A stretch of DNA of 64,000 nt. Source: Anthoceros angustus. Taxonomy: Eukaryota; Plantae; Anthocerotophyta. The notes beneath the pieces were generated by a model that was not told the DNA's origin, ran no database searches, and saw only the letters and a list, made by a program, of their open reading frames with translations. Positions 22,469 through 32,908 of this stretch are shown here, one piece after another. A program made the translations under genes and the position numbers. The number at the start of each line of letters is the position of its first letter. Positions within the stretch are counted from its first letter, which is position 1. Location: contig VJWM01000203.1 of NCBI GenBank assembly GCA_010909165.1, positions 124,001 to 188,000 of the forward strand, in the 5' to 3' direction.

Positions 22469-23454
22469 TCATTGCAGAAAGTAGCCGGACAGGAAAAGCG
22501 CAAAGAAGAATGCCAAGGTCCCGTAGATCAAGAGACTCTTCTGCCCGGATGTTAGTGAGTTGCCGCCTAGGCCGTAACTCTGGTTCTGTGCGAAGCCTGC
22601 CACCTCAATGCTCTTGCTCCTGAAGTAGCCCTGCGCAGCTCCGCATGTGGGGCACCGCCAGTCCTCTGGCAGATCCCTGAATGCCATCCCTGGTGCAATG
22701 GGGTAGTTCTTATCACCAAGAGCTTGGTCGTACACATAGCCGCAAGATGAGCATTCATATATCCCCGTGTTCAGCACAGCAAACCGCTCCTCCAGCCCTT
22801 TCACAGCCCAACAAAGCCCACACGAAACTCTCAGTGCATCCACAAGAAACTCTATCCATTGGTGGCGTTGGCATGTGTTCAGCAATCTGCTTGTACGCAC
22901 ACGGAGCAGGAGCAGGAGCAGGAGCAGACTGAATGAATTTGTACCTCTTCGAGGATCCAGCTTTTCGGAGCTTTGTGTGGAAGCAGAGGAGGCCTCATCC
23001 TTCTCCTCATTCTCCACATCCACAGGGCCCGCCTGGCAATGCACATCTTGTCTTTGCCTCTGCCTCCTCTTCCTGCTGCTGCTACTGCCCACCGAGCTCA
23101 AGAGAGGCACACCGGCGAGTGTCTGACCACCACATGTCACTTGATGCTCAGCATGGCAGCTGCAAACTGCGCTTGGGCAGGGAATGGCATGGCATGGCAC
23201 AAGTAGAGCAGTGTCTTTCTCACCTGGGGCAGTGCCCCGACTGTGACCGTGACGGGACGCAGCTTCGTGCATTCCCTGCTTCCAGTGCCGCAAGGCAGTA
23301 GAGCCCTGCCACACGCTCCACTCAAGCTGCCTGCCATGGCTCTCTCTCTGGTTTTGCCTGCGGTGCCCCTGGAGCGAGCTGCAACAGAGGAGCGGCTGCT
23401 GGGGAGCAGTGTCAAGGGCAGGGCTAGCGCTGCTGCTGCTGCGGCTGCTGCCAT
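22469..23454 (-). CDS. RBD1: Plastid rubredoxin with C-terminal TM helix (RBD1-like, PSII assembly); predicted exons 23454-23224, 23122-22945, 22797-22469
   Basis: FAVLNTGIYECSSCGYVYD...LPEDWRCPTCGA (two CxxC motifs)...AGFAQNQSYGLGGN...FLSGYFLQ. GT-AG junctions (CAG|GTGAGA, CAG|ACA, GAG|GTAC, AAG|GG) give a continuous 245-aa frame. Confidence 0.85.
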
Positions 23455-23818
23455 CGATCACTCCCAAGATGGCTATCGTTTTGCAACACTACACTTCTGC
23501 CCTCATGTTTCTGTCACAATGAGAGGCTTATTACGACGGGGGAATCTGTAGCACTTGGCTAGAAATTGAATCGGGCCATCCCTTTTACAGCAGCAGTGTG
23601 GTAGACAAGTCCAGGATACAAATAATCTCTCCCGTGTGTGATTGTGTTTGTCTACATAGACTGTCTGCCGTAATTGTAATGATCCAGACAGTCTCACGCA
23701 CAGGCACGCATGCACACCATCACAGGAATGAGCACGAGCAAGGACAGCGGAGCGGTACCCCGGGAAGGGCAAGGTCAAGGTCAAGGGCACGGGCAAGGGC
23801 ACTTTCCTCTGGCTTGGG

Positions 23819-26800
23819 ATGCAGGTCCTGGATCAGCTGGGAGGCATGAACCTGGCGGGGATTCCCAGCCCATGTGGAGTTGCTGCTGCTGCGTGTCCTG
23901 GGGAGCAGGATGTAGAGATTTTGTGCAAGCAGGGCTCGCTGGACAAGGCGGTGGCTGCTTTGCTCCGCTGCCACACCGTTCCTTTGGCGCATGTGTACAA
24001 GAACCTGCTGCACGCCTGCACCCACAACAAGACTTTGGCAGAGGCCAAGAGTGTGTGCCAGCACCTGCTACACCACGGGCTGCTGGATTCGGATGCGCAT
24101 CTGGGCAGCCTTGCAGTCACCACGTTGCTCAGCTGTGGAAGCCTTGCGGATGGCCTGCAGGTCTTCCGCACCTTGTCCCACAGAAGTGTGTTTGCTTGGA
24201 CGGCCATCATCTCCGGCTACTGCAATGCCGGCAATTCTCGTCAGGCTCTGGCATGCTATGACCAGATGCAGCAGGAAGGCGTGCAGCCGGATACCTACAC
24301 CTTGGTCACCCTGCTCAAGGCTTGCACCATGCTGCAGGATTTGCAGGAGGGTAGGAGAATCCATGCTCATGCTCGGGCACTGGGCTTGGCGTCGGATGTG
24401 TTTGTGGGCAGTTCCTTGGTTAGCATGTACGCCAAGTGTGGGAGTGTTGCGGATGCGCATCAGGTTTTTCATGCTTTGCCCTTCCGCAATGTGGTGTCGT
24501 GGAACGCCATGCTGGCAGCTTATGCCCAGCAGGAGCAAGGAGCAAAAGCTCTTGACATTTATCGACAGCTGCTGCAACAAGAGGGGATCAGGCCCGATGC
24601 ACGCACATTCGTCGCCGCCCTCCAAGCTTGTGGCAGCCTAGCCGAGGAGGAGCAGGATGCCATACTTGTGGATGGCTTACATGTGAAGGTGAGCTCTCTG
24701 CACAAGGGGAGACAAGTCCATGCCCAAGCCATGGAGGCTGGGTTCGGGACGGATGTCTATGTTGGCAACACCTTGGTCAGCATGTACTCGAAGTGCGGGA
24801 GCATCAGGGATGCACATCGGGTGTTTGAAGGCTTGTCCCACCCCAATGTGGTCTCGTGGTCCGCCATGATTGCAGCTCATGCTCAGCAGGACGAAGGTGA
24901 AAAGGCCTTGCGCCTCTTTTGGCAGATGCAAGAGCAAGGCTTCAGTCCAGTGGCTCGTACCTTCGTTAGTGCCCTCCAAGCATGTGGCAGCCTTGCGGAC
25001 CAGGAGGAAAGTGTTATTGTGGATGGGCAACTTCTGAGGGTGGACTCGCTGCGAAAGGCAAGGGAGCTACATGCTGGAGCGAACGAGAGCGGGTTTGCAT
25101 CCGATTTGTATGTACAGAACACTGTGGTCAGTGTGTATGCAAAGTGTGGGAGCATCATGGATGCCCAGCAGGTGTTCGATGAGCTGTCTAAACGCAATTT
25201 AGTGTCATGGAATGGGATGCTTGCAGCGTATGCACAGCAGGACCAAGGAGAAAACGCGTTGCAGCTCTTTTGGAGAATGGAAGAGGAAAGGATCCAGGCA
25301 GATCCACGCACCTTTGTCAGTGTCCTCCAAGCTTGTGGCAACCTTGCCGACAAGGAGGAAAGTGTATCCGTGGATGGGCAAAATGTGAAGGTGCGATCTT
25401 TGCAAAGGGGCAGGCATATACATGCTCGAGCATCCCAGAATGGTTGTGAATCTCACGTCTTCGTTCAGAACACTTTGGTCAGTATGTATGCAAAATGTGG
25501 GAACATTAGGGAAGCTCGGCACGTGTTTGAGGAGCTTCCTGACCCCAATGTAGTTTCCTGGAATGCCATGCTTGCAGCCTATGCTCAGCAGGGTGAAGGA
25601 GAAAACGCCTTGCAGATTTATGAGCAAATGCAAGAGGCAGGGTCAAACCAATGTCTCGGACTTTTGTAAGTGCTCTTCAGGCCTGTGGCAGCCTCGCAGG
25701 AGAGGAAGAATACACACTCGTGGATGGGTGGAATGTAAAGGTTCAGTCCCTTTGCAAGGGCAAGCAAGTACATGCCCGAGCTGTGATTGGTGGTTTTCTA
25801 TCTGATGCTTTTGTCGCTAATACGTTGGTAGGTATGTATGCAAAGTGCGGGAGCATACAGGACGCTGAGCAGGTGTTTGACGCCTTGACTCAGCGTGACG
25901 TCGTGTCATGGAATGCCATGATTGCAGCATATGCTCAGGAGGACCAGGGTCACAGGGCCCTGCAACTCTATTCCCAGATGCAAGCTGAGGTGTGACGTCA
26001 AACGAGGCCACATTTGTTGCTGTACTGGAGGCATGCAGCAGCACAGGAGCCTTGGAAGTGTGTGCAGAAATCCACCAATGCGTTATTGAGAATGGATGGG
26101 GCTCCAGCTTTTCTCTGGCAACCAGCCTGATCGATGCATATGGGAAATGTGGGAGCATGGTGGACGCACACTCCGTTTTCAGTCACTGGCTCGGCCTAAT
26201 GTGGTGTCCTGGACTGCACTATTAACTGGGTATGCACGGTTAGGAGATTGTGCCATGAGTATAAAATGCTACGAGGACATGTGCATGGCAGGTGTCAAAC
26301 CAGACCGGGTCACCTTTTGGCACTCCTGTCAGCATGCAGCCATGCTGGAATGGTGGACGAGGGATTATACTACTTCGACAGAATGTTCAGGGATCATGGC
26401 ATCTGTCCGGAGCTGGAGCATTATGCTTGCATGATCGATCTTGTCGGCCGTGCAGGACTCTTCAGCAAGGCAGAGGATTATCTTTCGCATATGCCAATGC
26501 CCCTAATCTGCCCGTGTGGTTGTGCTTGCTGGGTGCCTGCAGAACGCATGGCAACGTGTTACTCGGGGAGACGGCGTTCCATGGTGCCGCCAGCTTAGAT
26601 CCGAAGCACACAGCTGCGTATGTGCTCATGTCAACTATTTATGCTGAAGCAAGCATGCACGACCGCGCAAGGGGAGATAGATGATTTGAGACAAAGCGCA
26701 GGTGTTTGAAGGCTTGTCCCACCCCAATGTGGTCTCGTGGTCCGCCATGATTGCAGCTCATGCTCAGCAGGACGAAGGTGAAAAGGCCTTGCGCCTCTTT

Positions 26801-28762
26801 TGGCAGATGCAAGAGCAAGGCTTCAGTCCAGTGGCTCGTACCTTCGTTAGTGCCCTCCAAGCATGTGGCAGCCTTGCGGACCAGGAGGAAAGTGTTAGTG
26901 TGGATGGGCAACTTCTGAGGGTGGACTCGCTGCGAAAGGCAAGGGAGCTACATGCTGGAGCGAACGAGAGCGGGTTTGCATCCGATTTGTATGTACAGAA
27001 CACTGTGGTCAGTGTGTATGCAAAGTGTGGGAGCATCATGGATGCCCAGCAGGTGTTCGATGAGCTGTCTAAACGCAATTTAGTGTCATGGAATGGGATG
27101 CTTGCAGCGTATGCACAGCAGGACCAAGGAGAAAACGCGTTGCAGCTCTTTTGGAGAATGGAAGAGGAAAGGATCCAGGCAGATCCACGCACCTTTGTCA
27201 GTGTCCTCCAAGCTTGTGGCAACCTTGCCGACAAGGAGGAAAGTGTATCCGTGGATGGGCAAAATGTGAAGGTGCGATCTTTGCAAGGGCAGGCATATAC
27301 ATGCTCGAGCATCCCAGAATGGTTGTGAATCTCACGTCTTCGTTCAGAACACTTTGGTCAGTATGTATGCAAAATGTGGGAACATTAGGGAAGCTCGGCA
27401 CGTGTTTGAGGAGCTTCCTGACCCCAATGTAGTTTCCTGGAATGCCATGCTTGCAGCCTATGCTCAGCAGGGTGAAGGAGAAAACGCCTTGCAGATTTAT
27501 GAGCAAATGCAAGAGGCAGGGGTCAAACCAATGTCTCGGACTTTTGTAAGTGCTCTTCAGGCCTGTGGCAGCCTCGCAGGAGAGGAAGAATACACACTCG
27601 TGGATGGGTGGAATGTAAAGGTTCAGTCCCTTTGCAAGGGCAAGCAAGTACATGCCGAGCTGTGATTGGTGGTTTTCTATCTGATGCTTTTGTCGCTAAT
27701 ACGTTGGTAGGTATGTATGCAAAGTGCGGGAGCATACAGGACGCTGAGCAGGTGTTTGACGCCTTGACTCAGCGTGACGTCGTGTCATGGAATGCCATGA
27801 TTGCAGCATATGCTCAGGAGGACCAGGGTCACAGGGCCCTGCAACTCTATTCCCAGATGCAAGCTGAGGGTGTGACGTCAAACGAGGCCACATTTGTTGC
27901 TGTACTGGAGGCATGCAGCAGCACAGGAGCCTTGGAAGTGTGTGCAGAAATCCACCAATGCGTTATTGAGAATGGATGGGGCTCCAGCTTTTCTCTGGCA
28001 ACCAGCCTGATCGATGCATATGGGAAATGTGGGAGCATGGTGGACGCACACTCCGTTTTTCAGTCACTGGCTCGGCCTAATGTGGTGTCCTGGACTGCAC
28101 TATTAACTGGGTATGCACGGTTAGGAGATTGTGCCATGAGTATAAAATGCTACGAGGACATGTGCATGGCAGGTGTCAAACCAGACCGGGTCACCTTTTT
28201 GGCACTCCTGTCAGCATGCAGCCATGCTGGAATGGTGGACGAGGGATTATACTACTTCGACAGAATGTTCAGGGATCATGGCATCTGTCCGGAGCTGGAG
28301 CATTATGCTTGCATGATCGATCTTGTCGGCCGTGCAGGACTCTTCAGCAAGGCAGAGGATTATCTTTCGCATATGCCAATGCCCCCTAATCTGCCCGTGT
28401 GGTTGTGCTTGCTGGGTGCCTGCAGAACGCATGGCAACGTGTTACTCGGGGAGACGGCGTTCCATGGTGCCGCCAGCTTAGATCCGAAGCACACAGCTGC
28501 GTATGTGCTCATGTCAACTATTTATGCTGAAGCAAGCATGCACGACCGCGCAAGGGAGATAGATGATTTGAGACAAAGCGCAGGTGCCTGGAAAAAACCT
28601 GGCCAAAGCTCCATCGAGCTTGACCAGGTGCTGCACACATTTGTGGTTGGAGACCACCGTCATCCACAAGCAGTTGCGCTTCACAAACTGCTTGACACTG
28701 TGAGTTCAGAGCTCAAGGAGGCAGGTCACAATGATCCCATGAAATCCTCAAGATGCTGGTAG
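23819..28762 (+). CDS. PLS-class PPR, E+ (PG box), with four insertion-bearing L motifs; disrupted by an internal 1.88-kb tandem duplication and homopolymer frameshifts
   Basis: ORF pieces 23819-25669, 25651-25995, 26702-27328, 27354-27665 and 27608-28762 assemble into one PPR ending WKKPGQSSIE...HTFVVGDHRHP. Confidence 0.8.
24820..28582 (+). repeat. Tandem duplication 24820-26700 / 26701-28582 with GGTG junction microhomology
   Basis: By eye, the copies differ by one substitution (ATT/AGT at ~25016/26897) and by homopolymer indels only. Confidence 0.9.
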
Positions 28763-29079
28763 TGATGTCGCAGCATGCCAGTCTCTTCCAGGTACACTCT
28801 CCTGTCTGTTTAGATCTCCTGAAACTGCACTGTCGTGTGTCGAAAGTTGGGTGTGTTATGCATAGTCTACACTGGCTGGCATGGCACTATCATCGACATG
28901 TAGAACGTTTATCATCTAAGCTGGCAGTGAGTGAGCTCCCCGGCAGTTGTCATCTCCCATCATCATCTTGTTCTTCATTCATGCTAGACGCACCTCCCCA
29001 GTGGAGTAACAGAGGACACGTCCATCGCCACGGACAGTACAAAGTGTTCCACGCTGCCCAACTCCTGTCCAGGTGAGAA

Positions 29080-32079
29080 TCAAGGGCCATCTCCGCATGA
29101 GCAGAAGCCATTCACAAAATGGTGCACATGGTGTGCATCTCTGACAATAATCTCACGCTTCTCAATCCTGGACATAATCTTGGTGCCGCTGTGGCAGTCA
29201 CCGCACATGCGTAAATTCTTGGTGACGACCAAAGGTGAGCCATCGGGAGTATTAAGGAGTCCATACGCCAGTGCCAGCTTCTCAGCATGGCCACACAAGG
29301 CATCTTCCTTCTCTCTCTCTGAAACTGGCTTCAAGACCAACTCCGTGTGCGGCTCATGGCCTCCCTTCTGCTCGAACTGCAGGTTCACACTCTTGAGCTT
29401 GCCGGAAATGTCATTCCTTTCTTCCCCCACCACGAAAGAGTGCACTTTGCTCCTCACCTCAATCCAGGCCCTGGCAGGCTTTTTGCAAGCACCTGCAGAA
29501 ACTCTCAGGCGTTCTATCATATCCACATCACTCCACCTACCGGCATCCGCGTAGGTGTTGGCTAGGAGCATGTATGCAGCTGCATTCTGCGGTTCCAACT
29601 GAATGAGCTGATCAAAGCACCGCCTTCCACGTTCTACATCTCCGTGGCCCTTGCAGGCGGTCAGCAAAGATGTCCATCCCACGGCATCATGCTCCAACGG
29701 CATGGTTAGCAGAAACCTTTCTGCCTCATCCAGGCGGCCTGACCTGGCCATGAGGTCGACCATGCAATTGTAGTGATAAATGGTGGGTGCAAGGCCATAT
29801 TCTTCCACCATAATGTCGAAATACTGCCGTCCCTCCTGCACCATGCCTTGGTGACTGCATGCCACCAGCAGGCAGATGAAAGTGGTTTCATCAGGTTCAA
29901 CACCATGCCGTTGCATCTCTTTGAAACACTGCATTGCCAAGTGGCTGTGGTTATGCTGGCTGTACCCATTCAGCAGCGCATTCCACGTCACCACGTTCTT
30001 GGTTGGCAGTCTGTCAAACACCTTGCGAGCATCTTCCACACTCCCGCATTTTCCATACATGTCAACAAGGCTGCTACCAACAACGACGTCCAATTCCAGG
30101 CCTCGTTCCTGGATATCCAAGTGCAGCTGCTTCCCTTGATTCAAGGCCCCCACGCTAGCACATGCTTTCAGGAGGGAAACAAAGGTCACATTACTGGCGG
30201 CAGTCATTGCCTCCTGTTGCATACTTGCATAAAGCGACAGAGCTTCCTCACCAACCCCTTGCTGAGCATAGCCTGTGATCATGGCATTCCATGTCACGAC
30301 ATTTCGTATTGGCAACCTGTCAAACAGTCTCCGAGCATCCTCTAAACTCCCGCATTTGGCATACATGTCCACCAGGCTGTTGCCAATGAGCGTATCAGCT
30401 TCCAAACCCCTTTCTTGAATCTGGCCATGAAGCTCCTTGCCTGCTCGTAAATCTCTAACAATTGCACAAGACTTTAGCAAGCAAACAAACGTGACATTAT
30501 CAGCAAGAGTCGTACCCTCTTGCTGCATGCAGCCATATAGGGCCAGGGTTTCTCGACCGAGCCCATGCTGAGCATACCCTGCAATCATAGAATTCCAGCT
30601 GAGCAAGTCCCTCTTGGGCATGCGGTCAAATACCTTGCGAGCATCCCCTATGCTCCCACATTTGGCATACATGTCCACCAAGCAGTTGCTTACGGCCACA
30701 TCAGTCGCAAGTCCCCTTTGCTGGATTTGACGATGAAGCTCCTTGCCATCATGCAATGCTCCAACCGAGGCACATGCTTTCAGAAGGCAGACAAATGTGA
30801 CATCATTGGGCACCGCTGCTCCCTCCTGCTGCATACTTGCATAGAGGGTGAGGGCTTCTTGACCACGCCCATGTTGAGCATATCCTGCAATCATGGAAGT
30901 CCATGACACCACATCTTTTGTGGACAGACCATCAAACACCAGTCGTGCATCTTGTAAACTCCCACACTTTGCATACATGTCCAACAAGGCATTGCCGACG
31001 AAAATATTGGGCTGAACCCTACTCTCCAAAACAGCAGCATGCACCTGCTTGCCACATGCCAGATCTGCTGCAGCTCCACAGGCTTTAAGGACTGCCACGA
31101 ATACGTAGTTGTCTGCTTCTACCCTGGACAGGCGCATCTGTTCGTATAATCTGATAGCCTGGGTAGGTTGTCCATGTTCAGCATGTGCCAAAATGATGGA
31201 CGCCCACATGAAGCAGTCTGGTGCATCCAACTTGGTTAAGACCTGAACTGCTTCCTGCAACCTGCCTTGAGAAGCATACATGCGGATGATGTGATTGGCC
31301 AGAAATGTGTTGGACTCGTGACCACTCTTAAGAGCAAGGGCATGAGCACGCCTGCCAACAACCACATCTTTCTGTGCAATACACTTCTTGAGAACATGGT
31401 AAAAAGGTGCTGGAGGGACGTACGGCCTCTCCTGCACCAGAAGGTCCAAAGCCTCAACGGCCTCCCCCAGCTGCCCATGTTGGCACAGCCTCTCCCACGT
31501 TCTCACCTCCAAACTCCTGCATCCCCAGAACGGCTCAATCGAGTGATAATCCAACTCTAAAGACAGATGGAGGTGCAATAGCGGAGCACAGTTCGGACCT
31601 CTCACAGTCAGCTTTACGGTCCCATCCGACCTGGTCTGATTTTGTACACCCACCACCAGTCTGTGCTGCGGGCCCTAGCTCCCCATGTAGTTCCACCTCC
31701 TCCAGGTACCTCCCCTGCCATACAGAAGCAAACATTTGAGCGTCCCACCAACACCTGCTGCTGGCCTTTGCATAAATGGACTGCAAATTCACAACGTTGT
31801 CAAGCCTCCCAAATTTTTACCTTCTTGTCCCACCCCGTCTGGGAGTCTGTCAGATCCTTGTCCCACAATGCCTGGCTTGCAATCGGCTCCACTGCAAGCC
31901 AGCTAGAAATAAGATACCACGGAGAATCGGACGCCAGCCATGCGGGCACGCAACTACTCACCAGAGCCGAGAGCAGATGTTCGGCGTTGTTTTGCTCCTC
32001 GCAGTGATGACAGCTGTCTGGAACTGGAGGTGGTGTGAATCAGGCTGGCCGCACCCTTCTTCACTCGCCCTGCAAACAT
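29080..32079 (-). CDS. PLS-class PPR with DYW:KP domain (candidate U-to-C editing factor), C-terminus DGP; predicted leader exon 32079-31962 spliced to 31556
   Basis: KKPARAWIEV...LCGHAEKLALAYG...KNLRMCGDCH...HHFVNGFCSCGDGP. The ORF-track start at 31656 is a GTG. An upstream Arg/Ser-rich exon (MFAGRVKKGAASLIHTTSSSRQLSSLR...) ends at G|GTGAGT and joins in phase at CTTTAG|AG. Confidence 0.88.
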
Positions 32080-32142
32080 GATCTTTGGTCAGTTGGTGTC
32101 GGCTGTCGTTATTGCTTATAGCCTTCAGCTGTATTTGTAGCC

Positions 32143-32560
32143 ATGATCTCCTTTCTGGGCCGATCTACTAGAAGAGCTGGATGCAGTTGTCCTGAACCTA
32201 GGGGGGTGCCCAGGTGTGAAGGCATCTCAATCGTAAAAACCTGGAGCTAGGCAAAGAGAGGAAGACCATCTCGGACCTCTTGGTTCAGCATTCAGCGAGG
32301 ATGGAATGTTCCGTCAAGAGTCTGATTATATGCTATGCGTTGTGCTCACAGGCCGCATAGAACAGGAAGATTTGATTGTTGCAGTCTAGAGACAGGAGGA
32401 CACGGAGCAAGCGCTTTCTTATCCAACCCCCTCATCCGGCTGCACACTTCTCATGGGCTATGGGAGGAAGCAACGCAGGTGCTTATTAGCGAGCAAGCTA
32501 TGAGCTGCCACGGACGGACGGCTTCATGTGGGCTTCCATAATTCTGGCATATGGCCGGGC
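32143..32560 (+). pseudogene. Degenerate 5' stub paralogous to the DYW:KP gene at 39723
   Basis: ATGATCTCC...GTGTGAAGGCATCTCAATCGT...TTCAGCGAGG...TTCTTATCCAACC...CTTCTCATGG aligns with 39723-40110, with frameshifts and deletions. Confidence 0.8.
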
Positions 32561-32908
32561 ATCGACATCCCATGCAGGCAGGCTGTGATGAAACTAAAGC
32601 GCAGGGCACGAAAGATACACTGGTTCTCATCGGGCCAATGCACAGCAGTCAGCAGTGTAAGAGCCACAGACGAAATGGGGTAAATCGAGGAGGCATGGAA
32701 TGTCTTGAATTACAGCGGTCTGTAAAGTGAATGGTTCCACAGAGGGCTGCTGCTGGCTTCTCAGATGAATTAGCCACTTCGTGAATGCTTTCTCGCTATG
32801 CTGCAAGCTCAGTTGCTGCGGGAGATTCCACTTCCTTCCAGGTGGTGTGTGCTTGTTGTTGTTCTTGTGTAGAAACGCACTTCATGTCTCCTCACCTCCT
32901 CCTCCACG

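Noticed and set aside
22469-23467. 332-aa single-exon rubredoxin ORF from the ORF track
   Set aside because: It reads through predicted introns; the spliced model from ATG 23454 gives a transit peptide and a better fit.
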